Source of the DNA: Planctomycetota bacterium
GTDB taxonomy: Bacteria; Planctomycetota; GCA-002687715; CAIWVZ01
Assembly: GCA_044222185.1 (NCBI GenBank)
Contig: JBGANV010000009.1
Span: 64,001-128,000 of the forward strand
Length of the DNA: 64,000 bases
Direction of reading: 5' to 3'
Under the pieces are notes generated by a model. It made no database searches, was not told the DNA's origin, and saw only the letters and a list, made by a program, of their open reading frames with translations. Positions 46,113 to 54,366 of the stretch are shown in pieces. Each line of letters starts with the position of its first letter. The first letter of the stretch is position 1. The position numbers and the translations under genes were made by a program.

Positions 46113-48179
46113 ATGGCATCTCGATTCGGAGCGCCGCGCGGCCGGCGCACGGGGAACGGTCCAGTCAGCTCCTGGATGGTGCGCATCGGCCTCGTGGCCG
46201 CGGCCCTGACGGCTGGCATCGCCGGCCAGTCCTCCCGGCTCGCCGACGCACCCGGGAACGGGTCGCCGGTGGGCTTCGGGGTGCTCAACTCAGTGGCGTA
46301 CTTCTCCTACGACGACGGAGTCAATGGGGCGGAGCTGTGGAGGACGGACGGCACGGTCGCCGGGACGTCGCTCGTTGCCAATTTGAATCCCGGCGGGCCG
46401 TCTTCGCCGCATGCGTTCACGGCGTCGGGCGGGCGGCTGTTCTTCGTCGCTGACGACGGTGCCACCGGCGCCGAGCTCTGGTCTACGGACGGAGTGACGA
46501 CGGCGCTCGTGCTCGACGTCAACCCCGGCCCCCTCGGCTCCTCGCCCGATTGGCTCACGGACGTCAATGGGACGTTGTTCTTCAGCGCCGAAACGGCCAC
46601 GCAGGGGCGCGAGCTGTGGAGCAGCGACGGGACTGCCGCGGGGACCGTACTCGTCAAGGACATCGCGCCGGGGCAGCTCGTGTTCTTCCCGCCGTTCAGC
46701 TCCAACCCGTCGTGGCTGGTCAACCTGAACGGCGTGCTCTACTTCGCCGCCGACGACACGGTCTCGGGCTTCGAGCTGTGGAAGAGCAACGGAACCGCGG
46801 CTGGCACCGTGCTCGTGAAGGACATCTACCCGGGTGCCGTCTTCGGACCCAACAGCTCCGTGCCATCGGAGCTGACGGTGGTCAGCGGCGTACTGTTCTT
46901 CCGCGCGACGGACGGCGTCACCGGCTACGAGCTGTATCGCAGCCTCGGAACCGCGGCGTCGACGCTTCGCGTCGCGGACATCCAACCCGGGATCGCGAGC
47001 GGGTTCCCCGAACGTCTGCGCGCCATCGGTACGACGCTGTACTTCACGGCGAACAATGGCGTGAGCGGGATCGAGCTGTGGAAGACCGCGCCGCCGTTCA
47101 CGACCGCGACGCAGGTCCTCGACATCAACCCCGGCCCGACGTCGTCGACCCCGACGCAGCTCGCGGTCGTGGGCGGGGTCCTGTATTTCGCTGCTGACGA
47201 CGGCGCACACGGTGTCGAGTTGTGGACGAGCAACGGCACGGCCGGCGGCACGACGCTCGTGCTCGACGCGAACCCAGGCACGGCGAACGGCAACCCCAAG
47301 GGCATCGTCGACGTTCTCGGATGCGGCGGGGCCGTCCTTGCACTCGATGGGGGATCGGGCTCGGAGCTGTGGCGCACCGACGGCACGGCCGCGGGGACGT
47401 CGCAGATCCACGAAATTGCCGTCGGACCGACGGGAGCGTTCGACACCGTCGCGCCGCAGTTCGCACTCGTGGCCAACCGGATCGTGTTCGCGGCCGACGA
47501 CGGCGTGACGGGGAACGAGCCCCGAACGCTCTTTGCGGGATCGGTCGCGATCGGAGGGCCGCGCTTCACGCAGAATCCGCTCTCCCAGTCCCTCTCGTCC
47601 GGCGCGACGTTGACGTTGTCGGCTGCGGCCCCGAATGCGGCGTCGTTCCAATGGCGAAAGGACCAGGTGGCGATCCCCGGCGCGACGAGCGCGACGTTGG
47701 TGATCCCGTCGGTGACGCCGGCTCACGCGGGCGTCTATGACGTCGTCGCGACGAACGCTTGCGGCGACGCGGCGAGTGCGGCCGCGACCGTCACCGTCTC
47801 GGGATTCACTCTCGTCTTCGACCAACCTCTCGGAAGCCGCTCGATCCGGACCCAGAACTCCAACGGCATTCCGGGACTCCTGTACTTCACGGCGGTCTCC
47901 GCGGACCCGACCAACGGTGCGACTCCCGGAGCGGGGCCGTGGTTCGGCATGTTCATCGACTTCAACGATCTCGTGAACCAGTTCCTCATCGGGTTCCCGC
48001 CGTTCGTCGGAGTGTTGGATCCGGCAGGCGGCTCGCTGTTCGTGCTCCCCGGCGGCAGCCTGGATGTGTCGCTGGTGGGCATCAGCTTCTGGGCAGTTTC
48101 GGTGATGGCGGACCTCTCGGCACCCGGTGGCCCAGTCATCGTCGGGGCAACCAACGTCGCGAGCGTGACGATCCAGTAA
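46113..48179 (+). CDS. secreted ELWxxDGT propeller + Ig + shared C-terminal domain (short paralog of the upstream gene)
   Basis: ELWRTDGT repeats, PGQLVFFPPFSSNP shared with upstream gene, FQWRK...GVYDVV; start 46113 or 46176. Confidence 0.88.
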   Translation: MASRFGAPRGRRTGNGPVSSWMVRIGLVAAALTAGIAGQSSRLADAPGNGSPVGFGVLNSVAYFSYDDGVNGAELWRTDGTVAGTSLVANLNPGGPSSPHAFTASGGRLFFVADDGATGAELWSTDGVTTALVLDVNPGPLGSSPDWLTDVNGTLFFSAETATQGRELWSSDGTAAGTVLVKDIAPGQLVFFPPFSSNPSWLVNLNGVLYFAADDTVSGFELWKSNGTAAGTVLVKDIYPGAVFGPNSSVPSELTVVSGVLFFRATDGVTGYELYRSLGTAASTLRVADIQPGIASGFPERLRAIGTTLYFTANNGVSGIELWKTAPPFTTATQVLDINPGPTSSTPTQLAVVGGVLYFAADDGAHGVELWTSNGTAGGTTLVLDANPGTANGNPKGIVDVLGCGGAVLALDGGSGSELWRTDGTAAGTSQIHEIAVGPTGAFDTVAPQFALVANRIVFAADDGVTGNEPRTLFAGSVAIGGPRFTQNPLSQSLSSGATLTLSAAAPNAASFQWRKDQVAIPGATSATLVIPSVTPAHAGVYDVVATNACGDAASAAATVTVSGFTLVFDQPLGSRSIRTQNSNGIPGLLYFTAVSADPTNGATPGAGPWFGMFIDFNDLVNQFLIGFPPFVGVLDPAGGSLFVLPGGSLDVSLVGISFWAVSVMADLSAPGGPVIVGATNVASVTIQ

Positions 48180-48252
48180 TCGCCGCGCCGAAGCAGGAAT
48201 CGCGGCGGCGTTTGCGCAGTTACAATCGCCGCCCGATTCCAGGACAATTCCC

Positions 48253-49326
48253 ATGCACATGGCCCGCATCCCCGTTCTCGCGTTCATCCTCCTCGCCGGC
48301 TCTCTCGTCGCGCAAGTCGCGCCGTCGAAGCCCGCGCCCAGGCTCAAGTTCGAGGAGCAGGAGTTCGACTTCGGCAAGCTCAAGACGGAGGCGAAGGTCA
48401 CGCACGTCTTCAAGTTCCGCAACGTGGCCGAGGCGGCCACGGTCGAGATCAAGGGCGTGCAGGCGAGCTGCGGATGCACCACGACCGAGCTGTCGAAGAA
48501 GTCGTTCGCGCCCGGTGAGACCGGCGAGATCTCGGCAACGTTCGATCCGCGCATGCGCCAAGGGAAGGAGCGCAAGGTCATCACGGTGACCACGGACGAT
48601 CCCGCCGCCGAGAAGATGGAGCTCGTCCTGCTCGTCGAAGTCATTCCGCAGATCATCATCGAGCCGCTCGCGGCGTACCTCGGTGAAGCGCGCTTCGACG
48701 AAGTGGCCAAGGCGACCCCGCCGCTGAAGAAGACGATCCAGATCAGCATCCGCGGCGAGGTCTGCAAGGTGAAGGGTGTGAGCATCGACGACAAGCGCGT
48801 CGAGCTGCGCAACCTGGGAACCGGTCCGGCGGAAGTCGACGGAGAGAAGGTCGAGCGCACGACGTTCGAGGTCGCTCTCGAGAAGAACACGACCATCGGC
48901 CGCATCCAGACGCAGGTCGTCGTCGAAACGACGGACGTCAACCGTCCCAAGCTCTACATCCCGATCATCATGGACATCGTCGGGGAGCTGCGCTTCTACG
49001 AGTACCCCTGGTATCTGCGCATGACGGGCGCCGGGCAGGCGGTCTCCCAGGTGTTTCAGGTCGGCTCGCGCACGATGAAGCCGTTCAAGGTGCTCTCGGC
49101 CACCGTCGACGGCGGAGACAAGATGCCGCTGACGATCGCGTTCGAGCCCGCGCCTGACACCAACAACACGACCTGGAAGTTCACGCTCAAGGGCACGGCG
49201 CCGGCAGGCGGGACCGCGATTGCCGGCAAGGTCACGTTCAAGACCGACATCGACATCCAGCCCGATGTCGAGATCCCCGTGAGCGGCTTCGTGCCGATGG
49301 CGCAGCCGACCGCCGGCGGGCACTGA
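48253..49326 (+). CDS. exported DUF1573-domain protein
   Basis: signal peptide; FDFGKL...HVFKFRN...ASCGCT...APGETGEI. Confidence 0.85.
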   Translation: MHMARIPVLAFILLAGSLVAQVAPSKPAPRLKFEEQEFDFGKLKTEAKVTHVFKFRNVAEAATVEIKGVQASCGCTTTELSKKSFAPGETGEISATFDPRMRQGKERKVITVTTDDPAAEKMELVLLVEVIPQIIIEPLAAYLGEARFDEVAKATPPLKKTIQISIRGEVCKVKGVSIDDKRVELRNLGTGPAEVDGEKVERTTFEVALEKNTTIGRIQTQVVVETTDVNRPKLYIPIIMDIVGELRFYEYPWYLRMTGAGQAVSQVFQVGSRTMKPFKVLSATVDGGDKMPLTIAFEPAPDTNNTTWKFTLKGTAPAGGTAIAGKVTFKTDIDIQPDVEIPVSGFVPMAQPTAGGH

Positions 49327-49382
49327 GCCCCTCGCGGGGCGCCGCCGTTGCGGCGGCCGTTCACTGGCGCCCCGACCCGCAT

Positions 49383-49839
49383 TCGAACTCGTCTCCGCGA
49401 AGGAGCGCCGATTCTCCGACGTCTCGTCGGGAATCGGCCGGATCGCCGCGCGTCTCGCGCGGCCCGGTGCGCGTCGATGGGTGTGGGGCATTCGAGGACT
49501 GACATCGGCATGATCTTCGAATGCGCCGAGGCGACGAGTGTCGGCCGGACCGGACTCCTCGGCTTCGCCGCGGTAGTCCGGCGGTCCCGCCGGTCGCGTT
49601 CGAGCTTCGCTCGAAGTCGACGCGGCGCTCCTCGCGGGGCGATCGGGGTTCTCTGCCTCATCGCGTCGGTGGTATCCGCTCGTCCCGATCAGCGCTCGAA
49701 CTCGTCTCCGCGAAGGAGCGCCGATTCTCCGACGTCTCGTCGGGAATCGGCCGGATCGCCGCGCGTCTCGCGCGGCCCGGTGCGCGTCGATGGGGCAGGG
49801 CGTCCGAGCTTCGCTCGAAGTCGACGCGGCGCTCCTCGC
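49383..49839. repeat. intergenic palindromic mosaic repeat, locus A
   Basis: identical 99-bp direct repeats 49383-49481 and 49696-49794; identical 35-bp repeats 49601-49635 and 49805-49839. Confidence 0.9.
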
Positions 49840-49891
49840 CGACCCACGGGTGCTTCCGTCGGGCCGGCGGTCGCGGCATCATGCGACCGCC

Positions 49892-50344
49892 ATGGCGAAC
49901 GTGGTCCGACTCATCCTCCGACTTGCGCTCGGCGCCCTGTTCTTGTTCAGCGGCATCAACAAGCTGCGAGATCCGGGGATGTTCGCGTTCTCCGTGAACG
50001 CGTTCAAACTCGGACTGCCCGAGCCAGCGACCGTCCTCTTGGCATTTGCATTCCCGTGGATCGAAGTCGTCGCCGGCGCGTGCCTCGTCCTCGGATGCTG
50101 GACCCGGTCGGCCGCCTTCGTCGTCGCGGTACTGATGATCGGGTTCATCGGCGGAATCATCTCGTTACAGGTGCGGCAGATGGACGTCGAATGCCCCTGC
50201 TTCGGCAAGTTCGAAGTGATGTGCACGGGACCCATGGGCACGTGCCACATCATCCGCAACGCGATCCTCGCCGCCGTGGCCGCGACCGTGATGGTGATCG
50301 GCTCGGGCGCGTTCGCCCTGCGTCGCGATCAGAGCCCCAGATAG
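49892..50344 (+). CDS. MauE/DoxX-family membrane protein
   Basis: RLALGALFLFSGINKL, PWIEVVAG, ECPCFG, IIRNA. Confidence 0.85.
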   Translation: MANVVRLILRLALGALFLFSGINKLRDPGMFAFSVNAFKLGLPEPATVLLAFAFPWIEVVAGACLVLGCWTRSAAFVVAVLMIGFIGGIISLQVRQMDVECPCFGKFEVMCTGPMGTCHIIRNAILAAVAATVMVIGSGAFALRRDQSPR

Positions 50345-51966
50345 CGGGGACCGCCGGAGTCCGGCGGCACTGTCCAGGTGATCACGGCGTACGGATCGAG
50401 GATGTCGCACGTCTTGCAGTGGACGCAGTTCGAGAAGTTGATCTGCATGCGCTTCTTGCCTGCGCCCGCGTCGACCATCTCGTAGACCGCCGCAGGGCAG
50501 AACCGCTCGCAGGGGTTGCCGTACTCTTCGCGGCACTTGGACGCACAGAGATTCAGGTCCGCGATCTTCAGGTGCGACGGCTGATGCTCTTCATGCGTCG
50601 ACCCTGATTGGAAGACCCCCGTGAGCTTGTCGAACGTGAGCTTGCCGTCCTGCTTGAACGTGCGGCCAGCCGCCGCGTCGCCCTTCTTCATCGCCTCGTG
50701 GTCGGAGTGAATGGGCAGGAAGTCGCTGAAGATCTTCCCGCCGAGTGCCCACATCAATCCGGCGTGCACCTTGCCCAGGGCGAATCCCTTCTGGAATGCC
50801 TGCCGCCAGTTGCGCACGCGCCACAACTCCTCCTTGATCCACGACGCGCCGATCCTGGATTCGTACGCGGACAGCGCGGCCTCCGACGTATCGCCCTTCA
50901 TGAGTGCGTCGAAGATCGTCTCGGCGGCGAGCTGCCCCGATTTGATGGAGGTGTGGATGCCCTTCAGGCGCGCGATGTTCAGCACCGATCCGGAATCGCC
51001 GACGATGAGGAAACCATCGCCGTAGCTCCTGGGCCGAGACCACCACCCACCTTCAGGGATCGTCTTCGCTCCGGCCTTCAACACCGTGCCACCGTCCAGC
51101 AGGCGCCGCACGAACGGATGTGTCTTCCAGGTCTGCATCGTTTCGTACGGATCGATGCCTGGGGCGCCGCCGTCGAGTGCCGTCACGAACCCCACTGACA
51201 GCTTCGTGTCCGACTGGGCGTAGATCCACGACCCGCCGTACGTCGTGTTGGGGAGCGGCCAACCCGCCGAGTGATAGACGGTGCCCTTCGTCACGCGCCC
51301 CGCGGGGATCTCCCACAGCTCCTTCACGCCGGTGCCGTAGACCTGCGGATTGCGGCCGTGCAGCTTCAGCTTGTCGACGACCTGTTTCGTGAGGGAACCA
51401 CGCGACCCCTCTCCGAGCACGGTCACACGCGCGACGATCTCGGCGCCGGGAGTGAACCCGGGGCCGGGTTTGCCGTCAGGCTCCACGCCCTGATCCGACA
51501 GCCGCACTCCCGTCACCTTCGTCCCGTCGATGACAGCCTCGCTACCGGCATACCCCTCGGCGACCATGATCCCGAGCGACTCCACCTGCTCCTTCATCCA
51601 CCGCGTGACGTTCGAGAGCGCGACGATGACGTTCCCGTGGTTCTTCAACGGAGGCGGCAGGAACGGCAGCGGCTTGGCCTGATCCGACGTGAACTGGAGG
51701 ACCTGTTCGTTCGTGACGTCAGCTTCGACAGGGCACCCGCGCGTCCGCCAGTCCGCGCCCCATGCCTCGTTCATGCCTCGGGGGTCCATGACGGCACCCG
51801 AGAGGATGTGATCGCCGACCGCACGGGCCTTCTCGATCACCATGATCTGGACGTCGCCGAGTTTCCCTGCCGCCTCGAGTTTCTTGCCGAGACACCAGGC
51901 GGCCGTGAGATTGGCAGGCCCTGCTCCAACGAACAGGACGTCGACGGGCATTTGTTCGCGGTCCAT
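50329..51966 (-). CDS. electron transfer flavoprotein-quinone oxidoreductase
   Basis: DVLFVGAGPA, HILSGAV, GVKELW, KGIH, CERFCPAAVYE, NCVHCKTCDI. Confidence 0.95.
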   Translation of the reverse strand: MDREQMPVDVLFVGAGPANLTAAWCLGKKLEAAGKLGDVQIMVIEKARAVGDHILSGAVMDPRGMNEAWGADWRTRGCPVEADVTNEQVLQFTSDQAKPLPFLPPPLKNHGNVIVALSNVTRWMKEQVESLGIMVAEGYAGSEAVIDGTKVTGVRLSDQGVEPDGKPGPGFTPGAEIVARVTVLGEGSRGSLTKQVVDKLKLHGRNPQVYGTGVKELWEIPAGRVTKGTVYHSAGWPLPNTTYGGSWIYAQSDTKLSVGFVTALDGGAPGIDPYETMQTWKTHPFVRRLLDGGTVLKAGAKTIPEGGWWSRPRSYGDGFLIVGDSGSVLNIARLKGIHTSIKSGQLAAETIFDALMKGDTSEAALSAYESRIGASWIKEELWRVRNWRQAFQKGFALGKVHAGLMWALGGKIFSDFLPIHSDHEAMKKGDAAAGRTFKQDGKLTFDKLTGVFQSGSTHEEHQPSHLKIADLNLCASKCREEYGNPCERFCPAAVYEMVDAGAGKKRMQINFSNCVHCKTCDILDPYAVITWTVPPDSGGPRYLGL

Positions 51967-52030
51967 GGTTTCGACTGTACTGGCGGCCCGCGAGCGGCCG
52001 AAGCGGGCGAACGTGCGAGTTTCGCGGCGA

Positions 52031-52058
52031 TTGATGGGGCGGAAGTGAGGGCTATAAT
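52031..52058 (+). promoter_or_regulatory. sigma70 promoter for tRNA-Cys/gltX
   Basis: TTGATG-N16-TATAAT followed by GC-rich discriminator. Confidence 0.7.
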
Positions 52059-52155
52059 CCGCGCCCAGCTTCGGCCGGAAGGCTCTTCAAATCGCATGGC
52101 GGCGGCCACGGGTCGCAGTTGCGCCGAGAGGAAGGGACGCCCGATCGATCGCTTC

Positions 52156-52226
52156 GGCGGCATAGCCAAGTGGTAAGGCCGTGGATTGCAAATCCACTAC
52201 CCCCGGTTCGAGTCCGGGTGCCGCCT
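52156..52226 (+). tRNA. tRNA-Cys (GCA), CCA not encoded
   Basis: acceptor GGCGGCA/TGCCGCC, anticodon arm GTGGA-TTGCAAA-TCCAC, T loop TTCGAGT, discriminator U. Confidence 0.97.
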
Positions 52227-52254
52227 CTTCTCCCTTCTCACGCCCGAGGTCCTC

Positions 52255-53724
52255 GTGACGAAACCCGTTCGCGTCCGCTTTGCGCCGAGTCCGACGGGGT
52301 ACCTGCACGTCGGCGGCGCCAGGACGGCGCTCTTCAACTGGCTTTACGCGCGCCATTTCGGCGGCACGTTCATCCTGCGACTCGAGGACACGGACGAAGA
52401 ACGCAACACCGAGGCGTCTCGCCGCACGATCTTCGAAGGGCTCCACTGGCTCGGACTCGACCCTGACGAAGGTCCCGAACAGGGCGGCCCGGGCGCTCCC
52501 TACTCCCAATCCGAGCGAGATGGGATCTACCGCGACGCGAGCAAGACCTTGCTCGAGCGGGACGGCGTCTACCCGTGCTTCTGCACGAAGGAGCGCCTCA
52601 CCGAGATGCGCGAGCACCAGGTCAAGAACAAGCTCGCGCAGGGCTACGACAAGACGTGCCGCGCGGTCAGCCGGGACGACGCGTTGCGTCGCGTCGCGGC
52701 AGGCGAGCCGTACACTCTCCGCCTCAAGGTGCCCGAGGGGGAGACGGTCCTCCACGATCGGATTCGCGGCGAAGTGCGCGTCAAGAACGAGGACATCGAG
52801 GACATCATCCTGGTGCGAACCGGCGGTGCCGTCGTCTACAACCTCGCGGTCGTCATCGACGATCACCACATGGGCGTCACTCACGTCATCCGAGGCGAGG
52901 ACCACCTGACGAACACGTTCAAGCAGTTGCTCATCTATCAGGCGATGGGATGGGACCTGCCGGTGTTCGCGCACCTTCCGCTCATCCTGGGACCGACGGG
53001 CGAGGGCAAGCTCAGCAAGCGCAAGCACCCCGAGGCGGCGCTCGAGTTCTACCAGCGAAAGGGATACCCGCCGGAGGCGCTCCTCAACTGGATCGCGCTG
53101 ATCGGGTGGGCATTCGACGACAAGACCGAGATCATGACGCGCGCCGAGCTCGTCGAGCGGTTCTCCATCGAGAGCGTGGGCAAGAACGGTGCACGGCTGC
53201 CCCTCGACAAGCTGGATTGGATGTCGGGTGAGTACATCCGCCGGATGCCTCTCGATCGGGTGATCGCCGAGGTGACGCCGCACCTGCAATCTGCCGGCCT
53301 CGTGGCGACGACTCCCACACCCGACGAGGTGGAGAAGATCCGCCGCATCGCGGCCGCCGAACATCCGCGGCTTCGGTATTGGGCGGGGATCGTGGAATCC
53401 TCGTCCTGGGCGTTCGGCGCGGATGTCGCCATGGACGCGAAGGCGCAGGCGAACCTCAAGAAGAGGCCCGACACCGCGAAGCTCCTCACGGACTACGCCG
53501 CGGCACTCGGACCCGTCGCGTTCGCGGATGGCGCGACGGTCGAGGCTGCGGCCCGCGCGTTCGTTCAGCAATCGAACGTGCCGTTCGGCGAGTTCGTTCA
53601 CCCGGTGCGCGCCGCGCTGACGGGCCGCTCGGTCGGGCCCGGCCTGTTCGATTGCCACCTGATCCTCGGCAAGGAGCGGACGCTGTCCCGGCTCGCGGCC
53701 GCAGCGCGCGCGTCGGGTGGGTAG
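52255..53724 (+). CDS. gltX: glutamate--tRNA ligase
   Basis: RFAPSPTGYLHVGG, LRLEDTD, IRGEDH, KLSKR. Confidence 0.97.
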   Translation: MTKPVRVRFAPSPTGYLHVGGARTALFNWLYARHFGGTFILRLEDTDEERNTEASRRTIFEGLHWLGLDPDEGPEQGGPGAPYSQSERDGIYRDASKTLLERDGVYPCFCTKERLTEMREHQVKNKLAQGYDKTCRAVSRDDALRRVAAGEPYTLRLKVPEGETVLHDRIRGEVRVKNEDIEDIILVRTGGAVVYNLAVVIDDHHMGVTHVIRGEDHLTNTFKQLLIYQAMGWDLPVFAHLPLILGPTGEGKLSKRKHPEAALEFYQRKGYPPEALLNWIALIGWAFDDKTEIMTRAELVERFSIESVGKNGARLPLDKLDWMSGEYIRRMPLDRVIAEVTPHLQSAGLVATTPTPDEVEKIRRIAAAEHPRLRYWAGIVESSSWAFGADVAMDAKAQANLKKRPDTAKLLTDYAAALGPVAFADGATVEAAARAFVQQSNVPFGEFVHPVRAALTGRSVGPGLFDCHLILGKERTLSRLAAAARASGG

Positions 53725-54107
53725 GGAGCGCCGATTCTCCGACGTCTCGTCGGGAATCGGCCGGATCGCCGCGCGTCCCGCGCGGTCCGGGGTGCATCGA
53801 ACTCGAGAGGGCGTTCGAGCATCAGCGTCGGCCTGATGATCGAAGATTGCGCCGCAGGCTGAGCCCTCGGTGCCCGCACTCCTCGGCTTACCCGCGGAAG
53901 TCCGGCGATCCTGCCGGTCGCGTTCGAGCTTCGCCCGAAGTCGACCGGCGCTCCGGCGCGGGTCGGTCGGCGTTCTCGCCGTCACCGCGTCGGACGTATC
54001 CGCCCGTTCCGGCCGGCGCTCGAACTCGACTTCGCGAGGGGAGCGCCGATTCTCCGACGTCTCGTCGGGAATCGGCCGGATCGCCGCGCGTCCCGCGCGG
54101 TCCGGGG
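53724..54107. repeat. intergenic palindromic mosaic repeat, locus B
   Basis: identical 69-bp direct repeats 53724-53792 and 54039-54107; same core as locus A. Confidence 0.9.
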
Positions 54108-54245
54108 CGTGTGGCTCGCCCCGCGACTCGGGACCACCCACGCCCCGCCGTCCGCCCACCTTGAAACCCCGAGCGCTCGGGCCTATCTTCCGGCTCGCGT
54201 TTTTGGGCGGAATTCGCCCGCGTGCCTCGTGCACGACACGCACCT

Positions 54246-54320
54246 GCCCCTGTCGTCTAGGCCGGTCCAGGACGCCAGGTTCTCATCCTGGAAACACGGG
54301 TTCAAATCCCGTCAGGGGTA
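54246..54320 (+). tRNA. tRNA-Glu (CTC), CCA not encoded
   Basis: acceptor GCCCCTG/CAGGGGT, anticodon arm CCAGG-TTCTCAT-CCTGG, T arm ACGGG-TTCAAAT-CCCGT. Confidence 0.95.
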
Positions 54321-54366
54321 CTCGCGCTCGACGAGACGTGCGGCGCCGGAAGCGCCGCACCGTCCA

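Noticed and set aside
49383-54107. Direct repeats as a CRISPR array
   Set aside because: Repeats 69-99 bp, only two per locus, spacers over 200 bp and homologous to each other; no cas genes.
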